In this document: positions 23,250 through 34,539 of the stretch, in pieces
Numbering within the stretch: the stretch's first letter is position 1
Layout: every line of letters starts with the position of its first letter
The notes under the pieces: model-generated
What the model was told of the DNA's origin: nothing
The model's input: the letters and a program-made list of their open reading frames with translations, nothing else
Databases searched by the model: none
Origin: Blastocladiella emersonii ATCC 22665
Lineage: Eukaryota > Fungi > Blastocladiomycota
DNA length: 64,000 nt
Assembly: GCA_025594325.1 (NCBI GenBank)
Contig: JANHCV010000003.1
Location: forward strand, 806,001-870,000
Direction of reading: 5' to 3'
Translations under genes and position numbers: made by a program

Positions 23250-24104
23250 GGCGCGGCTAGACTGGGGGTCGGTGGTCGGTGGTCGGTGGTTAGCATGGTC
23301 GCGGAGCGGAAAGGCAAGGTTGGGCGCAGCGGTGCGAGACCGTCCGGTCGGCGACCCCGCGGACGCGCTGGCTCCACTCTCGCCGCGCGCACGGCGCACA
23401 CCCGCACGTTTCCGGTGCTCTCGCTCTCCCCCGACACGACATGCGTGGGACTGCGGTGCGCGATCTGCGGCTCAGCGAGAACTGGGCCACCGATCGAGGC
23501 GTAGTCCAGCCGATCCGGCAGACCGCGCGAGCCAAGTCTCAACACTCGACTCACGCAACAGGGAGAGAGAGCACCACGCAAAACGCGTGCAGCGCGCACA
23601 GCAGTGGACGTTGCACCAAGTCGCGGCCGCCGAGGGGACGCACGGCGGGCGAGGGAGGGGACATACGCTTGGTGGGAGGGCGTGGGAGGGATCGGGGCGG
23701 ACGGGTCGGGTCGGGTCGGTCGGCAACTGGGTCGGTCGGGGTCGGATCAGCGGCTCGCGGGAGAGACGGGAGAGAGGGGACGGGCGCGACGACGCCGTGA
23801 TATGTGTTGCGCGCGCTTTCGGGCTGGCCTTCTCTCGCCGTCTCCGTGTCTCGCTGCTTGGGCGCGCCCGCGAAACCGCAAAACCGCCCGAAACCCGCAT
23901 CAGCTGACGCGCCCGCTCACGACGCGTGACGCCTCACCTGATTCCTTCGCCTCGCGTGGCCGCGGTTTCGGTGGCGCATTCGCTGCCACCTCTCGCCGCC
24001 CTCACCACCACGACAGCGGCGCCCCCACCGGCCTCGGGACTCTCTGCAACGCATCAACCGCGCGCCGAACTAGACTCCTTTGCCCACACGACGACGCGCG
24101 CGCC

Positions 24105-27100
24105 ATGTTCGCCGTCCACCGGTCGCTGGTGCCGCCGTCGGCCGTGACCCTCGCCGTGCACGCCCGCTTCACCTCGGCCCTGCACGACGAGCTGATCCTC
24201 GTTCGCGGCTCTTCCACGCTCCAGGTCTGGCGCCTGCCCGAGAAAAGACCCGACCGCGATTCCGACGACCCGAATGACGATGCGCCCGTCTTCTTTGCCG
24301 AGTGGACGCTGCACGGCCAGGTGACGGGCATCCACGCCCTCCCGCTCGCCGCCGGCCCGACGCCCGCCTCTACGGCGACCGCGACCCGCTCCGCGCTCGT
24401 CCTCGCCATCGCCGACGCCAAGGCCGTCGTCCTCGAGTACGACCCAACGCGCCACGTCGTCGTCACCGTGTCCATGCACTCGTTCGAGGCCGACCCCGAG
24501 CTGCGCTCCACCACCCTGACCCCGGTCCCGCCCGCCCTGCACCTCGAGCCCGCCGCCCGCTGCGCCCTGATGCAGATCTACCGCGACCACTGGGCCGTCA
24601 TCCCCTTCCGCGCCCCCATGGGCGGCGCCGGCGGGCCCGACGCCCACTGGGACATGCAGGGCCCCATGTCCAACGGCCACCACCACAAGTCGACCAACGG
24701 CGGCAGCATGCTCCCGCTCGCCCTCGACCTCGACCACGACGCCGACTCGGCCATGGACCTCGACGGGGTCGCTAGCGACACCCCGCCCTTCTTCCCGTCG
24801 TTTGTCGTGCGCACCGCCGACCTGTCCGACGAGATCCGCAACGTGACCGACGTCGCCTTTGTGCACGGCTACCTCGAGCCGACGCTCGCCGTCCTGCACG
24901 AGGCCGCCAGCTCCGGACCGACGTGGGCCGGCATGCTCGACGTGCGCCGCGACACGATGCGCCTCGCCTTCCTGACCCTCGACCTGCGCGGCCACCGCCA
25001 CCCGGCGCTCTTCTCGTCGCCGCCGCTCCCGTCGTCCTCGTTCCGCGTCCTCCCGCTGCCCATGCCCACGGGCGGCGTGCTCGTGCTCTCGCCCAACGGC
25101 CTCATCTTCGTCTCGCAGCAGGCGCCCAGCGGCGTCGGCGTGTGCGTCAACCCGTTCCCGCGCGGCGGCAGCACCGCCGCCTCGGCCGTGCGCGAGTCGG
25201 GCTTCGCGTACGCGTTCGACGTGTCGCACCTCGGCCTGCTGCTCGACGGGTGCTCGGCGTTTGTCGTACCCTCGCCCGTGCGCCCGTTCGGCGGCGACCC
25301 CGCCCCGCGCGTCATCCTGGGCCTCCGCTCGGGCGACGTGTGGGCGTGCGACCTCGTCCGGTCCGGCGCCGCGGGCGGCGTGCGCGGCGGGATCGACGAG
25401 TTCCGCTTCACGCGCCTGTTCCACGCGGCCCCGCTCGCCGCCCTCGTGCCCCTCCCGAGCTTCCACCTCGGCGACGCCGCCATCACCGCGCGCTGGTTCC
25501 TCGGGTCGCCCGAGGGGCCGTCCGTCCTCGTCGATGTCGCGGCCAACGACGACCCCGCCATCAACGGGCGCTTCGCACCGCGCGAGCTGCCGGCCGACGC
25601 GCCGCGTGTCAAGCGGCGTAAGCTGATCACGGCCGAGACGGTGGCCGCCGAGAACGCGGTCGACGCGCCCCGCCTCGTGCTCCCTGGCGACACCGCGCCC
25701 GGGTTCCGCGTCGCGCACGCGCTCCCCGGACTCGGTGGGATCAAGGACGCCGTCATGACCCAGTTCAACGTATGTGTGCCGTCGCCTTCCGAATACACTT
25801 TTGCTGGTGTGACTGACTCTGTCTGCGGGTGTGGCGGGGTTTTCAGGGACGTAACGCGCTCTTCTGCCTCGCAGGCAGCGGCGCCGGCGCGCACTACATG
25901 ATGCTTCACGTACGCTTCTTCCTCCGACCCATCGCGCGACCTCGCGCCCGCTCACTCCCACAATTGTAGCAAACCCTTCGCCCACACGTCCTGAACCGGT
26001 TCAAGGTACCCGGCGCGCGCAAGATCTGGTCGGTGCGCCACCCGCGCGCGGACCACCACGCCTTCCTCGTCATGTCGGGCGAGCAGAAGACCATGGTGTT
26101 CCGCACCGGCCACGAGCTGTCGCAGGTGTCCAACACGGGGTTCGAGCTCGCCGCGCGGTCCGTCTTCGTCGGCACCCTGGCCCCCGGCGGGTCGCGCACC
26201 GTGCAAGTCCTCGAGCACGCCGTCCTCCTCCTCGACACCGCCACGGGCGCGCGCCTGCACCGCCGCGTCGTGCACGCGGGGACCCCGCCCGCGACCGCCA
26301 TCGCCGTGGCCTCGGTCCACGCCGCGGGCGACGGCCGGTTCCTCGTCACCCTGTCGCGCGACCTGTCGCTCGCCGTGTTCCGGCTGGCCGACGCCGACGA
26401 CGGGACGCCGCTCGCCGCGCTCGAGCTGGTCTACACGGCGCGCGGGATCGCTTTCGCCAGCGTGTTCCTCGATTCCGCCGCGGCCCTCGCGCCCGCCGCC
26501 GACGTGTACGCCGCGCAGGCCCACCTGCGCGCGGTCCAGGACGAGCAGCGGCGCCGCGCGCGCGCCGAGGCCGCCACGTCCCTGCTCCCGAACGCGGACG
26601 CGGTGCCGGCGCCCGCGACGGTGGTCGAGGTCGCGGAAATGGACGAGCTCGATCTCGACTTTTATGGGGCGGCCAGCAGTTCGTCGGCGCCCGAGCCCGA
26701 GCCCGCGGCGCCCATGGTCGTCGACGTCGACGCGGCGGCTACGACGCTCGACGCCGTCGAGCTGCCGAAACGCGAGTACCTGGTCGTCGTCCGCGCGGCA
26801 ACGGGGCTTCTCGAGATCATTGCGCTGGCCGCCGACACCCCGGCGCCCGTGTTCACGACGCCGCACGCGATCGCGCAGCTGCCGACGCTCAGCGACGCGC
26901 CGGGCACCGCCCCCGCGGACCCGCTCGCGCAGCGGTCGCCCGCGGCGCTCGTCCAGGCGCACGTGTTCTCGGTCGGCCCGCGCGTTGAGGACACGCTCCT
27001 GCACCTCGTGACGAAGGACGGCACGCTGCTCGTGTACCAGGCGCACCACCCGGATTTGGCGAGCGGCGACGCGGGCAAGCGCGCCGCGACCGTCTGGACA

Positions 27101-28961
27101 CGCGTCGGGCTCGACCCGGCGCTCCTTCTGCACACGCCCGCGCCCAACGATGTTGCCGGCGCGGGCGCGGTCCCCGCGGCCGGCGGACCTGTTCCGCCGC
27201 CGCCGTGGCTGTCCCTGCGCGTGTTCCAGGACGTCGCCGGGCACGCGGGCGTGTTTGTGATCCGCGGCGGCGGCAAGGCGTCGCGGCAGTGTTTCTGGAT
27301 CATGCGCGGCGCGCACGGCGAGCTGCGCGCGGTGCCCATGGCGCACCCCGAGGACGCCACCGCGAACGTGTACGGGTCGTCGGGCGTGGCCGCCGCCGCG
27401 GGGAGTGCGGAGCGCGCGCAGTGGATCGTGTCCTCGTTCGCCACGTTCCACAACGTCAACTGCAAGCGCGGGTTCACGCTCGTGACCACGTCCGGCGACC
27501 TGGTCCTCGCGCAGCTCGACCCGCACGTCGACTTCTCGCTTGCGCTCCCGTCCCGCAGCAAGCACACGGGGACGACCGCGCACCGCGTCAGCTACGACGC
27601 CGAGTCGGGTACCCTTGCGGTCGCGACGTCGCGCACCGAGCCGTTCGAGCTGCTCATCGAGGTGCCCGACCAGCACGAGCACCACCCGCCGTCCGGGATC
27701 AAGGTCCCGCAGCTCGTCCCCGACATGCTCGACCGCGGCGTGCGCGCCGGGTGGACTGCGCCGCGGATCCCGCGGTTCTCGGTCCAGCTGATTTCCGTCG
27801 CGACCCCGGGCCAGCCGTTTGGGCTCGCCGATACCGTCGAGTTTGCCGCGTGCGAGCAGGTCACGGCCGTGCACCACGTGTCGCTCGAGTGCTCGCAGTC
27901 GCGCACGGGCCGCCGCAATTACTTGGCCGTCGGCACTACGCTCGTCAAGGGCGAGGATGTCGCCGCGCACGGCCGCGTGTACATCTTCGAGGCGGTTGCC
28001 GTCGTGCCCGAACCCGGCAAGCCCGCGACCGCGCACCGCCTGCGCCGCGTGTGCGTCGAGGAGGTCAAGGCGCCCGTCACATCGCTGGGCAGCGTGCAGG
28101 GCCACCTCGCCGTCGGGCAGGGGTCCAAGGTGATCCTGTACGACCTCGACGAGGACGACGAGACGGGCGCGCGCAGCCTGCTCGGCATGGCGTTCCACCA
28201 CACCAACGTGCTGACGTCGCACCTCGTCGCGCTCAAGGGGTACCTCCTCGCGGGCGACCTCGTTCAGTCGGTCCAGTGGCTCGTCTTGCAGGCGGACCCC
28301 GCCAAACTCGTGTCGCTCGGCGCCGACCCGCACCCGCTCGCGGTTACGGCGATGGAGGCGTGCGCGCGCGGCAACCAGGCGGCGTGTCTCGCGGCCGACG
28401 ACGCGGGCGCCGTGCACATGCTCGCGTACGCGCCGCACAATATCCAGAGTTTCGGCGGGACCAAGCTGCTCCGCCGCGGCGACTTCTTTTTGGGGGCCGT
28501 CGCGACGAAGATGGTCCGGTACCGCATGCTCGCGGGCGCGGACCCTGTCGCGAACGAGCCCGCGCTGTGCACGCTCATGGGTACGCTCTCCCTCTCACTG
28601 TTTTCGCGGACAACGCTGACCCATACTCTTGAATGTAGTCACGCGCGACGGCTCCGTCGCCCTGATCGCGCCCGTATCCGAGACGCAGTACAAGCGGCTT
28701 CTCGTGCTCTCCAACCAGCTGGCCGAGTCGATCCCGACGGTCGGCGGGCTGCACCCGAAGGCGCACCGGCAGCAGCCGCTGGTGCAGAGCCGGCTGTTCT
28801 CCAACAACCAGGCGACGATGCTGGACCTCGACGTGGTCGCCGCGGGCATGCTCGCGGAACCGATCGCCGAGCAGCACGCGTACGTCAAGGGCGCCGGGAG
28901 CACGCTGCCGCGCGTGCGGTGGGATCTGCGCGCGCTGGCGGGCGCGTGGACTGTGTTCTAA
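24105..28961 (+). CDS. CFT1: Cleavage and polyadenylation specificity factor subunit 1 (CPSF160/Cft1)
   Basis: MFAVHRSLVPPSAV start; DAKAVVLEYDPTRHVVVTVSMHSFE, HGYLEPTLAVLHE, YLAVGTTLVKGEDVAAHGRVYIFE and LLRRGDFFLG. Introns 25770-25846, 25910-25969 and 28581-28638. Confidence 0.93.
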
Positions 28962-29028
28962 GGACAGGTGGATTGGATGTATTGGAGGTGACTAGGCTAG
29001 GTAGGTAATGAGATTTGTGCTGGTTGGT

Positions 29029-29757
29029 TTAGAAGGAGAGCGACTGCGACACGGTGACGGGCACGCCAAGCGCGTTGGTCGCCTTTGCTGGCGACGCCTC
29101 GTGCTCGGACTCGTGCGAGACCGGGAGCGGGGTCCAGGCGGCCGAGTACGCGGCGAGCGCGGCGGGCACGCCGGCCACGGCACACACGAGCTTCCACTTG
29201 CCGCGGATGCGCTCGAGCAGCTCGAGGATGCCCGTGTCGAGGCGGTTCTCGCGCGGGAAGGTGGCGACGAGGGCGAGGAACGAGGTCAGAGTCTTGGCGG
29301 CACTGTCGACGGCGTCGCGGTTAGCGCGCGATCCACCGTGATAAGCCTTGAGCGTACCGAGCAGGCAGTACCGTGCGTGGCGGCGCGGTCGTTTCCTCGT
29401 CGTCGTCGCCGTCGGCGATCGGCACGGGCGTGACGGCCTGGGCGGCGTCGAGCCACGCGGCCGCGCACGCCTCGTAGTAGGCGACCTCGGCCAGCAGCTC
29501 GAAGCCCTTCTCGAGACCGAGCGTGAAGCCCTCGGGGCGGCCGGCGCGCAGGCCGTCGGCAACGCCCTCCTCGCGGCCCTCCTCGAGGAACCTGATCGGA
29601 TTGGGCGTCAGCGGAGGGGCGAGGGACGCGTGACGGGACTGCGAGACACTGACATTTCCTCGAGGTGGATCAGGTCGCCGAGATCAAAGGCGCGCGCCTC
29701 GGGCGATGCCGGGTCCGCGGCCGTTGCTGGTGGTGGGAGTGATGCATGAGCTTCCAT
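29029..29757 (-). CDS. LTO1: Lto1/ORAOV1 (Yae1-Lto1 Fe-S adaptor for Rli1)
   Basis: Introns 29653-29592 and 29357-29303 give DLIHLEEMFLEEGREEGVADGLRAGRPEGFTLGLEKGFELLAEVAYY (deca-GX3 motif) and TFPRENRLDTGILELLERIRGKWKLVC, matching ORAOV1-type C-termini. Confidence 0.85.
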
Positions 29758-30347
29758 TGAACCTTCACACGCGACGCGAAGTGCAGCGCGAAGAGAAGGG
29801 AGCGGGAGAGCAAAGCCACCGCGAGGTCGCTGAATCAGCTGCCAGCAGTGCGTCACGCGCGGCCATCGTGACCGCGGTTCCCGAGCCGCCGGACCCGCGT
29901 GACCCGTGCGTGTGGCGTTGCGCGTTGCCGATCGGTGCGCGATGGGTGTGCGCCTCGGGCTATCCGCCGTTTATCACGCGGGATGCGCCCATCGAGATAA
30001 TTCACGCGTCGCGCGCGGTGTGAGCTACATCATCCGCGCAACGTCATGAGCCGCGAGCGAGGGCAGCGTGTGGGCCCAGCCGGCCAGCGAGCAGCGAGGC
30101 GCGCGGAGCTCATTTTGGGGGCAGGCGATCATCGGACGACAACCGGACGAACGGGACCGCGCGGGAGGGAGACGCCGCGGCCGCCGTGGTGTGCGCAGCG
30201 CTCGGGCGAGTATAAGAAGCGCGGCGGCCCCCCTCGCCGCCCCATCCTCTCTCCCGCTCACACTCCCGCTCGGTTGCTCATTCGACTGCCTTCTCCCTCC
30301 GACCCCCACCATCATCAACCGCCCCATCATCACCCCACCGACCGTAA
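29758..30347. promoter_or_regulatory. Divergent promoter region (LTO1 / mitochondrial-like ORF) with clustered TCACGCG/CGCGTGA motifs
   Basis: Motif copies at 29852, 29896, 29974 and 30002; TATAAG near 30209. Confidence 0.4.
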
Positions 30348-31694
30348 ATGCTCTCCGCCACCCTCACCTCTTCGTGCCACGCGTCGCTTCGCCGCTCCGC
30401 GCTCCTCCCCGCGGCGCGCCGCGGCCTCGCCGCCTACTCGCGCCCGACGGCCGTGCCCGCTGCCGCGTCGCAGCAGAGTCAGCAGCGGCCCAACCAGTCG
30501 CCCGTCGACGCGACCTCCTCGCCCGCGTCGGCGCTCGGCCTGCTGCTGTCCACGGCCGAGTCGGCCGCGTCGTCCTCGGTGCGCAACGGGCCCTCGGGCG
30601 TGCGCGGCGCCGATCCCTCCATGTCGTCCGACAGCGGCGACCACACGCGCGCGGCGCGGCGCGCCGAGATCATGGCCAAGACCGAGCTGGGCCGCGCCCC
30701 GTGGCGCGCCGACGGGTCGCGCGCAGCGTCGGGCGGGTCGCCGCTCGCCGAGTCGGTGCCCGACAAGACGCACCGCGGGATCGGCGCCATTGACGAGGGC
30801 GTCGACGGCCTGCGCGAGGCCGGGTTCCTCAACGACGGCGAGGCGCGCACGCTCGCGTCATCGTCGTCGACCAACGGCAACGCGACGGGCGCGGCCGGGC
30901 TCGCGCACCCACGCGACAGCCCCGACGGCGCGTGCAACGTGTACGCCATCGACGACGAGTACAAGGAGATTGCCTTCACCATCATGGACCTGACGGAGCG
31001 CGATTTCGCGGGCAAGACGGCCACGTCGGCCGACCACGACAAGGCGTACGTGGCCGACTCGTTCACGGACCTGTCGGCCGAGCTCGCGGCGCACCCGCCG
31101 GGCGTCGAGCTCGCGACCGCCGTTATGAAGCAGTCGCAGATCGACCCGGCGCCCGAGCACCAGCAGCGCGACCACCAGCACGACGTCGACATGGCCGCCC
31201 TCTCGCCCGCCGTCCGCCTCCACGCCGCCGCCCTCTACGCCACCCACGTCGCCTACTCGTGGCGCCCCGAGCCCATCGCCCTCGACGAGCACGCCCTGCC
31301 GCCGCACCACCACCGCCACCACCACCACGCGATCCCCGACAACGAGGGCTCGATCGGCCTGCGCGCGCTCGGCCGCGACCCGTCGGCGCTCGTCCCCGGC
31401 GCGCGCCGCCCGTTCCACTCGCTGTCGTCCCGCCGTGTGTCGAACCCGTCGCTCGCGTCGGCGGCCGCCATGGCCATGCTCGCGGCGCCGCGCACGGCCA
31501 TCTCGCAGAACCGCGCCTACACGTACATTGCCGGGCTGTCCGAGTACCTCGAGGAGCTCGAGTCGGGCCGCACCCCCGCCCACTACGACACGCTGCGCGC
31601 CGTGCTCGCCAAGTCGCCGCCTGGCAGCCTGTACCGCCAGGACGCGCCCGCCGTCGAGGTCGCGGCGGTTGAGGCGGCCGCTGAGTCGGTCTGA
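30348..31694 (+). CDS. Hypothetical protein with a mitochondrial-presequence-like N-terminus
   Basis: 448-aa ORF whose N-terminus is R/S/L/A-rich with no acidic residues (MLSATLTSSCHASLRRSALLPAARRGLAAYS). TATA-like TATAAG near 30209. No domain recognised. Confidence 0.7.
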   Translation: MLSATLTSSCHASLRRSALLPAARRGLAAYSRPTAVPAAASQQSQQRPNQSPVDATSSPASALGLLLSTAESAASSSVRNGPSGVRGADPSMSSDSGDHTRAARRAEIMAKTELGRAPWRADGSRAASGGSPLAESVPDKTHRGIGAIDEGVDGLREAGFLNDGEARTLASSSSTNGNATGAAGLAHPRDSPDGACNVYAIDDEYKEIAFTIMDLTERDFAGKTATSADHDKAYVADSFTDLSAELAAHPPGVELATAVMKQSQIDPAPEHQQRDHQHDVDMAALSPAVRLHAAALYATHVAYSWRPEPIALDEHALPPHHHRHHHHAIPDNEGSIGLRALGRDPSALVPGARRPFHSLSSRRVSNPSLASAAAMAMLAAPRTAISQNRAYTYIAGLSEYLEELESGRTPAHYDTLRAVLAKSPPGSLYRQDAPAVEVAAVEAAAESV

Positions 31695-32113
31695 GCGCCG
31701 CCGCTGTCGTCGGTCTACGCCAAGAGTCACCCCGTGTGCGGGTTGTACATAGTCTCTCTCGTTTTGCATCCATTACCCCACCTCCAGTCCAGTCCATCGT
31801 GTTTTGTCGACGCGTCGCCGTCATCCTCCCATCCATCATCGCCCCCCTCCGACCCAGATTCCACGCCTTTGGGCCACACCACAACAAGGTATAGTTTACA
31901 ACGAACGAATACAGCTGCCGCGAATGGGAACTGAGTCGCGTCGTGAGGAAGGGGCCCTGTGAATGGGCAGTGTCCCGCACGCGTCGCGAGACGCGCGGGT
32001 CGCATCGCACCACCCTCACGTGCGGCCGCGGCCGATCACTTCCGAGCCCCTGCCTCGCTTTCACCTCTTCTCTCTCCCCTCGCGCCACCCTACCTCAAGC
32101 AACGAAACAAACC

Positions 32114-33303
32114 ATGGCCCTCGAAGCGATCCGCTACACGCGCGGCGACCTGCGCCTGCTCAACCAGCTGCTGCTGCCGCACGAGTCGGTGTGGGAGCCG
32201 GTGCCGACCATCGCCGAGGCGCACGCGCAGATCCGCGCCATGAAGGTGCGCGGCGCGCCGGCGATCGGCGTGACGGCCGCGCTGGCGATCGCCGTCGTCC
32301 TGGCCACGGACGCGGGCGTGCAGGCGCTCGGCAAGGCCGACCTGCTCCAGTGGCTCGACGACCAGTGCGCGTTCCTCGCCACGTCGCGCCCGACCGCCGT
32401 CAACCTGTTCGACGCGATCGCCAAGCTCAAGGCCGCGGCGGTGCGCACTGCGGGGACGATCGAGGATGTGGCCACGGTGCGCGAGGTCGTCATCGAGGTG
32501 GCCGAGAACTATTTCGCGGCCGACCTCGCCGACAACCACGCGATCGGGGCGCGCGGCCGCGACTGGCTGCTGGCGTCCGTCGGCGTCGGGTCGCGCGTGC
32601 GGGTCCTGACGCACTGTAACACGGGGTCGCTGGCGACCGCGGGGCATGGGACGGCGCTCGGGATCGTGCGGTCGCTGCACGCCGCGGGCGCGCTCGACCA
32701 CGTCTACTGCACCGAGACGCGGCCGTACAACCAGGGCAGCCGGCTGACGGCGTACGAGCTGACGTACGAGAAGATGCCGGCGACGCTCGTCACCGACAGC
32801 ATGGCCGCGTTCCTGATGCGCCGCCACCCGGTCCACGCGGTCATTGTCGGCGCGGACCGCATCGCGCGCAACGGCGATACCGCTAACAAGATCGGCACCT
32901 ACCAGCTCGCCCTCGTCGCCCGCGCCCACGGCGTCAAGGTCATTGTCGCGGCGCCGCTTACGACGCTCGACATGCAGATCCCCGACGGCGACGCGATCCC
33001 GATTGAGGAGCGGCCGGCCAACGAGCTGACGCGGGTCACGGGCGCGCTGGTGGGTGAGCCCACCGTCAAGCTCGCGACGGTCCAGGTCGCGCCTGTCGGC
33101 ATGGACGTGTGGAACCCGGGCTTCGAGTGCGTTGCGCTGCCACTGCTGCACCTCGTAGGCGGCCGCTCACTGACCCCCGTCACCCTCGTAGCGTCACCCC
33201 GGCCGACCTCATCGACGCCATCGTCACGGAGCGCGGCGTCATCACCAAGGCCGCGGGCGCCACGGCGTTCGACGTGCCGGGCTTCCTTGCCTCGCTCAAG
33301 TAG
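32114..33303 (+). CDS. MRI1: Methylthioribose-1-phosphate isomerase (methionine salvage)
   Basis: MALEAIRY...LLNQLLLP, MKVRGAPAIG, SRPTAVNL, LTHCNTGSLATAGHGTALG, ETRPYNQGSRLT and GADRIARNGDTANKIGTY. Intron 33127-33191 joins NPGF-D-VTPADLI. Confidence 0.96.
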
Positions 33304-33335
33304 TCTAATAAACTCTCTTGCCCGCCCACCAAACC

Positions 33336-34520
33336 ATGGAACTAGACCCCGACCCGCTCCCCTTGGCGCTGCGCGACTACCTGCACTCGCACGGCGTCGC
33401 CCCCGACATCTACTCGGTCGCGATCCCGCGCTACTTCCGCGTGCACCCGTCCCACTCTCCAACCCTCGCCGAGCTGCAAGCGGACCTCGGCACCGATGAC
33501 GTGACGCCCGTGGCCTGGCTGCCCGGCTTCTACGCGTGCCCGTCCTCGACGCGTCTCGCATCCTCGCCGCTGTACCAGTCCGGCGCGCTGCTGGGCATGG
33601 ACGTGGCGTCGGGCGTCGCGGTGCACGCGCTCGGCGTGCAGCCGGGCGACCACGTCCTCGACCTGTGCTGCGCGCCCGGCGCGAAGCTGCTTCTCGCCGC
33701 GCACTTGTTGAACCCCGACGGCAGCGTCCCGTTCGCGGGGAGCGTGACGGGCGTGGATGTGTCCCGGCACCGCCTCGCGACGTGCCGCGCGCTTATCAAG
33801 AAGTACAAGGTCGTCAACGCGCGCGTGTTCCTCGCGGACGGGACTAGGTTCGCGGTCCGCGCGCCGAGGGTCGCGGAGCTCTTGATGGCAAGGAAGGCGG
33901 TGCCTGACGAGTGGAAGCGCGCGGGCGAGGCGGTGGTGCCGCTGTTCCACGCCGCGAAGCCGCTGCGCAACGACCCGCAGGTCGACGACGACGCGTGTCT
34001 GTACGACCGCGTCCTCGTTGATGCCGAGTGTACGCCCCCTTCCTCCTCCGCTGTAGATCACTCGCACTGAATCCCGCCCGCGTTGTTAGGCACGCACGAC
34101 GGCTCCGTGGCGCACATCCTCAAGTACCGCGACCCGGAGACGGGCAAGTGGCCGACGGACCCGTCCGCCTTCGCGCGCCTGTGGCTGACCGAGACACAAC
34201 AAGTCGAGCTGGAGCAGCTGCAGCGCGCGCTGCTGGCCAACGGGTGGCGGCTGCTGAAGCCCGGCGGCACGCTCGTGTACTCGACGTGCTCGCTGACACG
34301 GCGGCAGAACGAGGACGTGGTCGCGTGGTTCCTCGCGCAGGCCGGGGGCGAGGCGGAGGCGGTGCCGATCGATGTCCACGAGCAGTTCCCGAGGGCTGCG
34401 GCGGAGGTTGAAGGGGAACCGTTCGCGTGTCTCCGCATGGACCCGAAGCGGTCGCGCACGAGCGGCATGTTCGTGGTCAAGCTGGTCAAGAAGCCGGTGG
34501 TGGCGCGTGTAGATCAGTGA
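33336..34520 (+). CDS. NOL1/NOP2/Sun (RsmB-like) RNA cytosine-C5 methyltransferase
   Basis: SAM-binding VLDLCCAPGAK, motif IV DRVLVDAECTHDGS (across intron 34030-34089) and motif VI LKPGGTLVYSTCSL. Both catalytic cysteines are present. Confidence 0.88.
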
Positions 34521-34539
34521 AAATGTATCCTAGTTTCTT

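Noticed and set aside
18975-23504. 1509-aa + strand ORF, and similar giant ORFs at 5904-7952 -, 25952-28438 -, 40235-42433 +, 48546-51002 - and 16707-18938 +
   Set aside because: They are antisense shadows of real genes. High GC3 removes stop codons on the opposite strand, and the products are R/G/V-rich with no motifs.
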